Below are positions 10,666-20,900 of a DNA stretch of 64,000 nt, one piece after another. The position numbers and the translations under genes were made by a program. The DNA is from Aulosira sp. ZfuVER01 (GTDB taxonomy: Bacteria; Cyanobacteriota; Cyanobacteriia; Cyanobacteriales; Nostocaceae), in assembly GCA_034530615.2 (NCBI GenBank), contig JAVRCV020000033.1, positions 32,001 to 96,000 on the forward strand, given 5' to 3'. Within the stretch, counting starts at the first letter, position 1. Each line of letters starts with the position of its first letter. The notes below the pieces were generated by a model. That model worked only from the letters and a program-made list of their open reading frames with translations, did no database searches and had not been told where the DNA came from.

Positions 10666-11430
10666 ATGAAGAAAAGTTTTATTGAAAAGGTAAGAAACGA
10701 CGCACCTATTATAGGAACAGTTGTCACCCTCAACTCTCCTGAAATAGTAGAGATTTTATCTCTGTGTAATTTTGACTGGCTGTTTCTCGACATGGAACAT
10801 GGAACGTTATCGGTTGCTGCGGTACAACACCTGATTCAAGCAATACGCGGTGATTGTTCTGTTATTGTGAGAATTCCTGAGAACAGTACTGTATGGATCA
10901 AGAAAGTATTAGATACAGGATGTGACGGTATTCTTGTACCACAGGTAAAGAATGCAGACGAAGCACGACGAGCTGTAATGGCAAGTAAATACCCGCCAAA
11001 AGGTGAACGAAGTGTAGGTATTGCTAGAGCACATAGCTATGGTATGTCATTTGCTGAGTATGTGGCTTGTGCAAATGACACAATTGCTTTAATTATCCAA
11101 ATTGAACATATTCATGCTGTCGATAATCTTGATGAGATACTTAATGTTGAGGGAATTGATGGGGTTTTTATCGGCCCTTATGACTTGTCAGGCAGTATGA
11201 ATTTATTAGGACAAGTAACTAGTGAACCTGTTCAAGAGGCAATACAGCAGGTTAAGCAGAAATGTAAAGCAAAATCTATGCCAGTTGGTATTTTTGTCAT
11301 GAAAGGAGAAGCGGCACAGAAGGAAATTAAAGATGGCTGCAAATTCATTGCCGTCGCTATTGATAGTGTTCTTTTATCGAATGCTGCTCAAAATGCACTT
11401 ACCTTGGCTAAGGGTTCAGCTACCAATTAA
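10666..11430 (+). CDS. HpcH/HpaI class II pyruvate aldolase family protein
   Basis: FDWLFLDMEHG, KYPPKGERS, QIEH, FIGPYDLSGS. Confidence 0.92.
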   Translation: MKKSFIEKVRNDAPIIGTVVTLNSPEIVEILSLCNFDWLFLDMEHGTLSVAAVQHLIQAIRGDCSVIVRIPENSTVWIKKVLDTGCDGILVPQVKNADEARRAVMASKYPPKGERSVGIARAHSYGMSFAEYVACANDTIALIIQIEHIHAVDNLDEILNVEGIDGVFIGPYDLSGSMNLLGQVTSEPVQEAIQQVKQKCKAKSMPVGIFVMKGEAAQKEIKDGCKFIAVAIDSVLLSNAAQNALTLAKGSATN

Positions 11431-11565
11431 TAGCAGACAGTAATAGCGTTTCACTTGAATAGGGTATAGACAAATTCTAGAAAATCAATTTCTCTATTAC
11501 CTCCTTCCTCTGCGGCCTCTGCGGTTAAATAAACTATTTTATGTTCGTGTAAAGTCTCCTTTTAG

Positions 11566-11610
11566 TCATTGCGAGCGGAGCAATCGCCTAGGATTGCCCC
11601 GCTCGCAATA
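11566..11610. repeat. Degenerate intergenic palindrome
   Basis: ATTGCGAGCGG...CCGCTCGCAAT inverted arms. Confidence 0.5.
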
Positions 11611-11815
11611 ATATATTTATTGCCTGAATTTTAACACCCTAGGCACTACCTCAATACAGTTCAGTTAACCTCACAAACTTTAGACTAAAATGCTAATTTT
11701 TTGCGTTAATTAGCCAGAACCGTTGACTGAATTTTAAACTACTTAAATTAATTAGATGAAGCTAGATTTTGATAGTTTTATACCTTGTCTGCTTTGCTCA
11801 ATCCTACCAAGAATT

Positions 11816-12397
11816 TTAGTTAACTTTGGCAGGAACCCAATCATCACGCTTAGGTTGGTCAATACCAGGTGATTGAATACACGTTAAATAACATTGTCCT
11901 TCACCTTGCACAGTGAAACCATGAGCGACATTAGTAGGATTATAAATTCGATCTCCAACAGTAATAGGAAACCATGTACCCCTGCCTCCTGCCATACCTA
12001 GACTATCTGACTCAGAAGTCGGCGACCAATTTTCTTCTACAAGAGCATAAGCATTAACCGGGTTAGGAAAACCTTCAGCTTCTGCAAGCATTACACACAA
12101 CGCATGGGCTATCGGATGAGCATGGACAGAACCGGGGTAATTACTTTTAAGGCCAATGAGTATAACTTCCAGTCCCTCTGGCTCCAGGTTGTATCTTTCT
12201 ATAAACGGTTGCAATATTTCTTTGCGGATCGACATTTTATCAAACCCGTGATAATCCTTTTTTGTCGACCAATCAAAGATTTCTGCCGCAGGTTTTTTCC
12301 TTAACATCTCGATTAAGTCATCGCCAATCACTTCTAAAGCTTCTCTTGATACTTTTGATAGCTTTTGAGTTGGCTTAGGGGAAGTAGCGCCTGTCAT
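11816..12397 (-). CDS. Cupin-fold metal-binding protein, function unknown
   Basis: Cupin motif 1 (VHAHP) and motif 2 (GDRIYNPTNVAHGF); AAGGAG RBS upstream. Confidence 0.7.
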   Translation of the reverse strand: MTGATSPKPTQKLSKVSREALEVIGDDLIEMLRKKPAAEIFDWSTKKDYHGFDKMSIRKEILQPFIERYNLEPEGLEVILIGLKSNYPGSVHAHPIAHALCVMLAEAEGFPNPVNAYALVEENWSPTSESDSLGMAGGRGTWFPITVGDRIYNPTNVAHGFTVQGEGQCYLTCIQSPGIDQPKRDDWVPAKVN

Positions 12398-13207
12398 GTT
12401 CTGACTCCTTAAATTCAGTTAATTGGACTTATTTGTCTCTATTTCCACGCTGATTGTTTGCAACTGATGCGCTATTGATTGTTGCAAGTTTTCATCCAAA
12501 GTTGCATTCAAAGGTGGTACTTGACGCAGCGAAGATGAGACGCGATGAATTCTCCGTCTCTTGAGTAATTTATGGTGATTTACTAACATTTTATCTAAAA
12601 AATATCAGATCGCGTCTTGACGGAAATACTTTAATATGATATTTACAAAAAAACATCTTTTGATATAAAAGTAGCTTAACTCCTGTCACGAAGAGGCACA
12701 GGAGAAACCCCATAGGCCAGATTTCTTTGGATATGGTGGATCGAGGTTTGTATAGTTTTCCCCGTCATTTCTGGCAAATTGAGATACTATAGTATTAGTT
12801 TTGTCAATTAGTAATACTGCTGGAAACTGAAGGCAAGGCGAGGCATCAAAGTAAACTTGGTGCTGGTTTTTCAGGGCAAGAATGATGATGCGTTTAAATA
12901 TTACGCGTAGACGCAAAGCGGCTTGCCTTTGGCATCGCTTCCCCAAAAAATTATGTTTTCTAGCACGATTTTTGGATGCTTTTTAAGCAAGATTACTTAC
13001 TAAAAAACATAGTATCACCTGAAATTATCATGCTCGCGAAGGCATCAACACTTATGCCAATATCAATTACTTCGGCTTAAACTACTTCGCTTCCGTCGCA
13101 CTCCTCAAATTTATTTGGTTTCCTAAAAAATCAACCAGTGTAGATTTTTCTTTAATTGGTTTAACAAGATTTATTTAATTTGAGAGTTTCTCAAAAATCA
13201 GCCAACT

Positions 13208-14068
13208 ATGAGGAGTGACGGAAATCCTCTAAAGCACTCTTTATACTATCAGGATGAGGAGTCCTATATGGAAGTTTTACATCATGACCAGACTCTTGTA
13301 GTGGAAAGTTCCCTAACTTTTAACAGTCTCTGCGGTTTACTTATGGGTAGCGTACTTGCCGTGAGGATACCTAAGTTTTATGAAATTGATAGATGTAAAT
13401 ATTTAAGCAACATACTATCAAATTCTGTAAAAAATGAATCTACTTCTTCAGGAAAAATATACATCAGTGATGTTGACTCTTTCTGGAATACTATAGATAA
13501 GCCCGAACTCAGGGAAAGTTACTTTAATACTGCAATACCGACAATGAGAAGGTTGCGTAAATTCAGCTTTCCTTACGCATCCCCATTTGATTTATTAAGA
13601 CTTGAGCTTGATGAGATATGGCCGAGTGGAGTATCAATCATGCATTTAGGCGGAAAAACTATGCTCTTTGGCATTACACGCATTTGGCAAGTAGGATTTG
13701 AAGCTCTTCCTCATCAAGATGTTTTCTGGAGAGAAATACCCAATTCAAATGAAGCTAAAGAGCAGATTTCACAACTGGGTGTGAATGTATACTTGAGTTC
13801 AGCTGACTTAGGAGGAGAGCTTGAACTTTGGAATTATTCATTTTCTGATGAGGACTGTGAAAGAAACGGAATTAAGGGAAGTTACGGCTTTAGCCGGAGT
13901 TTGTTACCAAATAATTCTCTAGTTATCAAACCTCAAGCAGGAGATTTAATAATGTTTAATACTACTAAAGTTCATGCTATTAGAAAAATTGTGCAAGGAG
14001 AGAGGATAACTATTTCAGGTTTTATCGGCTACTGGGGTATGGATAAGCCACTAAAATGCTGGAGCTAA
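13208..14068 (+). CDS. 2-oxoglutarate/Fe(II)-dependent oxygenase (amino-acid hydroxylase-like). True start may be the ATG at 13268.
   Basis: HxD (PHQD), NVYL, GGELELW, GDLIMFN..KVHAI, RITIS; GAGGAG RBS just before 13268. Confidence 0.85.
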   Translation: MRSDGNPLKHSLYYQDEESYMEVLHHDQTLVVESSLTFNSLCGLLMGSVLAVRIPKFYEIDRCKYLSNILSNSVKNESTSSGKIYISDVDSFWNTIDKPELRESYFNTAIPTMRRLRKFSFPYASPFDLLRLELDEIWPSGVSIMHLGGKTMLFGITRIWQVGFEALPHQDVFWREIPNSNEAKEQISQLGVNVYLSSADLGGELELWNYSFSDEDCERNGIKGSYGFSRSLLPNNSLVIKPQAGDLIMFNTTKVHAIRKIVQGERITISGFIGYWGMDKPLKCWS

Positions 14069-14204
14069 TACTGCTGCGCGGAATCGAATTTTGTTGAAGA
14101 ATCGGAACTTCACCCATTTTCGTGAAAATTTGATGCTATTGAAGTCCAAAAGGTATACAAACCAAGTCACTAATTTTAAGTTCAGATAACGATCAATCTG
14201 TTTT

Positions 14205-14420
14205 CTATTCGCTGCTTTCTGCTGTGGATTGTTCTGGCGATTTGATTATTCTTCTACCCCAAGGTTTTAAAACGGAAATTGCAATAATGGAAAGTATACA
14301 GATATTTTGAACTGCACCACCTATGAGTACGCCTTTGATATCAAAGGCGTACAGTGGGTTGGTTAATGCTTGCGATCGCTCCACCCACAGCTTCAGAAGG
14401 ACGGCTATCCCGACATCACA
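14205..14420 (-). pseudogene. C-terminal fragment of a DUF2269-like membrane protein
   Basis: Hydrophobic helix ending ISVLKPWGR; no credible start. Confidence 0.35.
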
Positions 14421-14542
14421 GCCAAGCCTGAACGCACAAGGACTTAAGGCATTTAGCGACTCACCAAATATCGACAGAGCAACAGTCAGACACAAGTAAA
14501 TTTACACATACTGTTAACGAGATTGGCGTAAAAAATGTCTGG

Positions 14543-14558
14543 CTTTTCAAACAACCTC
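14543..14558. mobile_element. Solitary terminal inverted repeat of the 9703-9909 MITE family
   Basis: CTTTTCAAACAACCTC followed by TTA. Confidence 0.5.
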
Positions 14559-14587
14559 TTAGGGCGAAACTAAAACGTTAAAGTTTC

Positions 14588-15295
14588 TCACAGCAATCGA
14601 TTTTTAAGGAATATTTTTACTCGTTCCACTTCCACTTCCACAGGTATTGCGTGATCAAAGATTGTTTTTCCTTCACAACTACCCACTCTTTGTGCAACTG
14701 GAATTTTACAGTTTTCGTCTACACCTTGCCCTTCTATTTCTTCACCTTTTCCATTTAAACAAAACAAACGAGGTGTGCTATTCCATTCAATATCACGTTG
14801 AGACTTTTTAATATTTGCATTTACTTCAACTGAAAAACTTCCTTTCTTAATCACTTGCATATTAGGTTTGTCGTACTGACCATCATAAATTACATAAGAA
14901 AATTCATTCAGTCCGGGTCTAATGACAAACTTGGTTTTTTTGTGGCTATCAGCAAAGTCAAAAACTATTTTTTCAGACTTACCATTTTCTTGTTGGTATT
15001 CTCGATCTGTATATGGAACCCTCTCTGAACTATCTTGAAGTTTTTCATTAACAATTCTTACTCTTCTATCCTTAGCTGTTGGTACTTCTTTGTCGATAAA
15101 CCAACCTACTATCTTTTCTTGACGAAAACCAGGGCAAGTTCCTACAAACTCAATTGCATCAACAATTGTCTTATTTAAGTCAACACCACCATTAAAGATA
15201 ATACCTACATTTCGTAACTGTTCTTGTGCGTGTGTAGAGCTTATGCTACATACTACAATAGCACTAGCTAGTAAACACAAATTTTTAATTTTCAT
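14588..15295 (-). CDS. Secreted hypothetical protein
   Basis: Signal peptide MKIKNLCLLASAIVVCSISSTHA|Q; AAGGAAG RBS; four Cys in the mature part. Confidence 0.75.
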   Translation of the reverse strand: MKIKNLCLLASAIVVCSISSTHAQEQLRNVGIIFNGGVDLNKTIVDAIEFVGTCPGFRQEKIVGWFIDKEVPTAKDRRVRIVNEKLQDSSERVPYTDREYQQENGKSEKIVFDFADSHKKTKFVIRPGLNEFSYVIYDGQYDKPNMQVIKKGSFSVEVNANIKKSQRDIEWNSTPRLFCLNGKGEEIEGQGVDENCKIPVAQRVGSCEGKTIFDHAIPVEVEVERVKIFLKNRLL

Positions 15296-15635
15296 GATTT
15301 TTTACTTCCTTAAGTATGTTGCCAATGTTCTTTTATGGCTATTTCTAGAAAAAGAACCAAAATCCTTACTGTCTATACCTTTATTAGGCGTATAAACTTT
15401 TCTCATGAGCCTTAATTAAAAATGTTTCATAACGAAATCAAGGCTTAAATTTTTGAGTATTTGCCGTTTAAAATTAGATGTTTATGCGGTTAAAATAAAA
15501 AATATAAATTTATGCTTCCCCTGTCGATTTTTTGAATTCTTAATTAGTTTTTAAGAAAGGGGAAGTAGATATTTAAGATAATACTATTACTACCATCTCC
15601 AGTGATATCTATATATTTTTTTTTCTGGTAATGAG

Positions 15636-15698
15636 TTAGAAGAACCTGGTGAAGGATTAGAAGAAGCAGGTGAAGGATTAGAAGAAGTAGGCGAAGGT
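15636..15698 (-). repeat. 3 x 21-bp coding tandem repeat (PSPxSSN)
   Basis: TTAGAAGAA...GAAGG unit repeated three times. Confidence 0.9.
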
Positions 15699-15795
15699 TC
15701 TCCGATTGCAGTTCCCTGTACTTTTTTTAAACTTTCTTGTGTTACAATAGCACCTTCGGATGTCTTTACCATGTTACTAAGATTTGGTTGTTGAC

Positions 15796-16976
15796 CAGAA
15801 ATGTTGAATGTTAAGAAAAATTCGATAAAAATAGCCCAAAATATGGTAATTTTGGGCGAAGGATTCAAATATATTAGTTTGATTGTGATTATAAATTCCT
15901 TTCCCAAAATTGTCAAAGACATCCTGAAAAGCCTGCCCAAAAATGATTATCCAGTATTGAACAGTCGTCTATTTTTTGAGTGCTGGCTATCCTATGCCCT
16001 GGATAACAGTTTAACAAGTATGCGAGATTTATTTAAAAGATTAAATAACACAGGATTTGATCTAGATATTTCTACTTTTTCCAAAGCCAGTTCTCACCGC
16101 ACGCACAAACCCTTTCAAGAAATTTATCATAAATTAAATGCGCAAGTCCAGAATAAAACTCATAAAAAATTACATGATAAATATGCAATTTGTCCAATTG
16201 ATTCAACAATTATTACTTTAACCAGTAAGTTGTTATGGGTACTAGGACACCATCAAGTCAAGCTTTTCAGTTCTTTAAATTTATCTACTGGAAGCCCAGA
16301 AGATAATTTCATCAACTTTGGGCATGACCATGATTATAATTTTGGTTCAAAAATGATGTTTAGTTTGCCCACAGATGCTGTTGGGGTAATGGATAGGGGA
16401 TTTGCTGGCTTGAAATTTATTCAAGATTTAGCGCAAGAAAATAAATATTTTGTTCTGCGGATTAAAAATAATTGGAAGCTAGAATTTTCTGACTCAACTG
16501 GATTAATTAAAGTTGGTGCATCCGATGATGCTCAAGCCTATAGAGTTATTAGCTTTTGTGATTTAGATACGAAAACTGAGTTTCGCTTAGTGACGAATTT
16601 ACCAGCCTCGGGAGATGCGGCAGTTACTGATGATGAAATTAGGGATATTTATCGGTTACGTTGGGGAGTTGAATTGTTGTGGAAGTTTTTAAAGATGCAC
16701 TTAAAACTTGACAAATTAATTACCAAGAACGTCAATGGTATCACTATACAAATTTACATTAGTTTAATAGCATATTTGATTTTACAACTTGTATCTATTC
16801 CCAAACAATGGGGACATACACTATTAGATAAATTCCGTTATTTACAATCCTGTATGTGTCAAAAAATCAGTTATGTTCATTGGCTTGAGGAGATGATGTT
16901 ATGTTGACTATTTTAGGCTTTTTAGAGTTGGTTTAACCAAGTATGTAAAGTTTTGTATCGACATTCAACATTTCTG
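15796..16976 (+). mobile_element. IS4-family insertion sequence, 1181 bp
   Basis: Perfect 16-bp TIRs CAGAAATGTTGAATGT / ACATTCAACATTTCTG; direct repeat GTTGTTGAC at 15787-15795 and 16977-16985. Confidence 0.95.
15801..16907 (+). CDS. IS4-family DDE transposase. Likely start is GTG at 15885.
   Basis: IDST, MDRGF and Y-R-E-K signature YRLRWGVELLWKFLK. Confidence 0.95.
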   Translation: MLNVKKNSIKIAQNMVILGEGFKYISLIVIINSFPKIVKDILKSLPKNDYPVLNSRLFFECWLSYALDNSLTSMRDLFKRLNNTGFDLDISTFSKASSHRTHKPFQEIYHKLNAQVQNKTHKKLHDKYAICPIDSTIITLTSKLLWVLGHHQVKLFSSLNLSTGSPEDNFINFGHDHDYNFGSKMMFSLPTDAVGVMDRGFAGLKFIQDLAQENKYFVLRIKNNWKLEFSDSTGLIKVGASDDAQAYRVISFCDLDTKTEFRLVTNLPASGDAAVTDDEIRDIYRLRWGVELLWKFLKMHLKLDKLITKNVNGITIQIYISLIAYLILQLVSIPKQWGHTLLDKFRYLQSCMCQKISYVHWLEEMMLC

Positions 16977-17523
16977 GTTGTTGACCATACATAAGTTCAC
17001 ATGAAGAATAACCGAATTCTTTATGCATTGAAACTGCTAATGTAGAAATCTCATTAGGTATAGTAACGCCATTGTATAAAGCATAAGCTTGTATAGCTGT
17101 TTCACCTCCATCAGCTAATGTTTTAACTAAAGCACCACAAGTATCTGCATCATTAATTATTCTTGCTGAAGCGGCTAATTTGAGTCCTCGATAGACCTGC
17201 TGAAAGTTAGTATTCATACAAGTAGCAACGCCAACTTGGCTACACATCTTACTTGCGCTTTGAATACCTTCTCCGATAGCATCAGCGACAGGTTGAGTAA
17301 CATTGCTATTTATCTGATCCCCAACTTGATTTATTTGATCTCCAAGATTTTCTACTCCCTTTATTACATCATCCATAGTAGGGAATCCACCAGCATAGAC
17401 GGGAGTTGATAGAGGAAATATGATAGCAAATGCAATAGCTGTGCAGATAGACTTGTATAGTTTCATAGTATTTATCTCCTTAGACTGCTAGTTAGTGTTT
17501 ACATTGAATTTCAGTTATTGATG

Positions 17524-17566
17524 AATAAAAAGTAATTTTAATGAGGTACAAAAATTACTTTTTATT
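17524..17566. promoter_or_regulatory. AT-rich inverted repeat upstream of the secreted gene (terminator or operator)
   Basis: AATAAAAAGTAATTTT-N11-AAAATTACTTTTTATT. Confidence 0.4.
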
Positions 17567-17810
17567 TTCTATATTTAGAATCTGTTATTAATGAACTCTT
17601 TGACTGTTAACAATGTTACTAAAAGGAATTTTAAGTTTGTATTGAGCTATCCTTGTTAATATCGTCAAAATATGCGATGCAAATACTAAATAGTCACAAA
17701 TACTCAAGAATATGAACTGGTTTATCCAATGTGATATTCCTGCTTTCAAAGGATGTCTAAATAAACTCTCCAGATTGGATGTCGGAAAAACCACAGTATA
17801 ATCATTTTAA

Positions 17811-17837
17811 TAAGCAACCATATAATATGGTTGCTTA
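17811..17837. terminator. Hairpin downstream of the kinase gene
   Basis: TAAGCAACCATAT-A-ATATGGTTGCTTA. Confidence 0.5.
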
Positions 17838-17924
17838 CTATTTTGCAGCTATGTACATTCGTTGATGTCTTGAGCTATACACCTCAGAATCTTTGACTAA
17901 AACAATTTATTGTTTGTCCGCTGA

Positions 17925-20900
17925 CTATTGAACTGGAATGAAGAGTGCAAATTCTGTACCTTGACCGGGAGAAGAGTTGCATTCGAGCGAACCGCCGTGC
18001 TTTTCTACTATAATTTGCTGGGCGATCGCCAATCCTAAACCGGTTCCTTTACCAACAGCTTTGGTAGTAAATAAATGGTCAAATATTTTTTGTTTAACTG
18101 ATTCACTCATACCCATACCATTATCAGAAATTGAGATTTTGACGAGGTTATCTTTCATTGAGGTAGCAATCTTAATACGGTTGGGATTAGCTTGTATATC
18201 CTGAAAGCTACGTCCATGATTTGATTCGTCTAAAGCATCAATAGCATTCGCCAGAATATTCATAAATACTTGATTTAATTGTCCTGGAAAACACTCAACT
18301 TGAGGTAGGTTGCCATACTCAGTTATCACTTCAATTGCTGGGCGTTGTTCGTTAGCTTTGAGGCGATGTTTGAGAATTAAAACTGTACTGTCAATTCCTT
18401 CGTGGATATTAAATGGTACTTTGTAATCTTTGTCAGCACGAGAGAAGGTGCGGAGACTAGTGCTGATATTTTTCAGGCGATCGCAAGCCATAGTCATTGA
18501 ATCAATCACTTTGGGTAAATCTTCCAAGGTATATTCCAAATCAATTTCGACCGCATGGTCAATAATTTGTTCGCTCTGGTTTTGGCAAGTTTCTTGATAT
18601 AGTTTTAGGTGTTCAACAATATCTACAAGTGAGGGTTTAGCTTGTTGGAGACTGGCAGCAATAAAACCCAAAGGATTATTCATTTCGTGAGCTACACCAG
18701 CAACTAAATTACCCAACGCAGACATTTTTTCACTTTGCACAATTTGTAATTGAGCATTTTGTAATTTGTTTAATGCCTGTTCTAATTGTTGGGCATATTG
18801 CTGCGATCGTTCATATAATCGAGCGTTTTCTAGAGAAATGGCGGCTTGTGTGCAGAGTACGTTGAGTAGTTCGACGCGATCGCCACTGAACGCCCCTGTA
18901 ACTAAACTATTTTCTAGGTATAACAACCCCAACAACTTGCCCTGATATAAAATCGGGTTGCACATGATACTCTTAGGCTGTTGACGGATGATATACGGAT
19001 CGTTAGCTAAGGTGAGATCGGTACTCGCATCAATCAGCACAGTAGTCTGCTGCTCATTTTTGACTTTGTAAATTAGTTTCAGAGGGATTTCTAGGCTTTC
19101 CTCAATGGGGAGATGCTGCAATACAACTGGCTCTGTTAAGAGAGTAATTAACCCTTCGATCAGCAGGCAATCGTCTTGTAACAGCATTAATACACATTTA
19201 TCAGCCCCCGCATTTTCAATGACAATAGAAAGTAACGATACCAGCAGTTTTTCCAGTTCAATTTCACCAGAGAGAGTTTGCGAGGCTTTGAAAATAGTAG
19301 CTAAATCCAGAGAATGGGAGACACTTGTAGAAGAACTAGTAGCGGTAACAGTTCCCAAGTTGAAGACAGTTTCGTTAACTGAGACAGGAGTGCGAGTTTG
19401 TTGGAAAATAGAACCCAGTAATTGCGGGTAACGCTTTTCTATATCGGCGACTTTGGCTTTTGCACCCCAGCGAGCATAACCGTAATAGGCTTCAATCGTA
19501 TAGTCTTGGGCGATATGCTGTCTGCCCCAGTCGAGGTAAAATTTAGCGGCGAGTTCATTGGCAAGAGCTTCTTCTTGGATATATTCGTTGGCTTTGGCAA
19601 GAGATATTGCCTTGTCGTATAAATCCATAGCTTCGACTTTGTTTCCTAACACTCGACATTTTTCTGCTTCCACCAAATCAACCTTATGTTGATAATTCAT
19701 CGGAGCATATTGCGCCCAGTGTTGTAGTTGAGTTTGGTTCTGCTCTACTCGTTGAAATACTTCTGATACTTGTTCCGATTGCAAATTTAAAGCTGCTAGA
19801 GCAATCAAAGAATCATAGAAATAAAATGCAGGTTCGTATACTAATCCCTTAGCAGCATTTAAATAACGACTGCATTCAACAGTATGGTTTTGCGCTTGCT
19901 CAATTTCTCCAAATAAGAAACAGAGCATAAGTTTATATGAATGGAACACACATAACTCAGTGACATCATTATCAGAAATTAGCTGCGGCAGAAGTTCTGC
20001 CTCTTGTACAGCTTCCCCAGACAAAATACAAGGATGCTCCCCAAAACCCAGCAAATTTAATGCCGACTGCCAAGAAAGGCGACAATGATTAGCTAGTGCT
20101 GCTTGGTTCAGTTGCATCAACCCATTGTAGTAAGCACGAGCATTCTGCTCTAAAGTAGCAAGAGGCTGATTACACCAAAAAGAAGCATTACAAAAAGTAC
20201 GGGCATGATATCCAGCAAACTTCGTGCTGCCAACTTCTAAACCAGTCACGTAGCCATCTTGCAAGAGTGGCAGAGTATCTTTGATGTGAGATTTGCGGTG
20301 CAGAACAAAACCTGCCAGCACCAAAAGTACTTCTGGTTTAATAGCTTTAGCGTCAAATTTAGAGATAATTTGCAGTGACAATTGGCCAAACTTTGTACCT
20401 GCATCTACATCTTGGAAAAAATTGCACAGAAGGAAACCATAGTTAGCGTAACTAAATGCAGAAGTTACTGTATTTCCATACTGAATGGATAATTTGACTG
20501 ATAACGCCACTAGTAATGGACACAAGATAGAACCACTGTTGTACGCTGGTGGGATGAGACTACTAGCAATCTGGATAATTGCCAAGACTTGCCGATCTGT
20601 CATCACAGGTAAATCAACTAAATCTGCAATTTCTCGATCTCCAATCAATTCCTTGATCTCTTGAATTGACTGTTGCAGATCTACTGGTGTGGGTGATTCA
20701 GAAAAAGTTACGCCAAGCTGTTGCAGAAGTTTCTGTCCGACATCAAGGGCATCGAATGGTTTATTTTGAAAGACGTAAGATTGAATTAGAATACAGTAGA
20801 CATTGACTTTTTCTATTAGAGAGTGTGCCTGTTTAATAACACTATCAACCAACTGTTCCATGACTGCAAATTCGCCGCATAAAGAAGCGATTTCCGCAGC

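Larger units (their letters stand above)
15590..17466 (-). pseudogene. Secreted hypothetical protein (228 aa reconstructed) interrupted by the IS4-family element
   Basis: 5' part 16977-17466 plus 3' part 15590-15786 = 687 nt, in frame across GQQP; signal peptide; AAGGAG RBS. Confidence 0.88.

Noticed and set aside
12686..12946. ORF containing DPPY, suggesting an N6-adenine methyltransferase
   Set aside because: No FxGxG motif, N-terminus derived from repeat sequence, too short. At most a decayed fragment.
14071..14200. Possible IS1634-like left end after the oxygenase
   Set aside because: Only a vague resemblance; no partner IR or transposase frame that I can support.
15787..15940. N-terminal part of the 116-aa minus-strand ORF as a separate gene
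   Set aside because: Mostly the antisense of the IS left end; only 15590-15795 belongs to the interrupted host gene.
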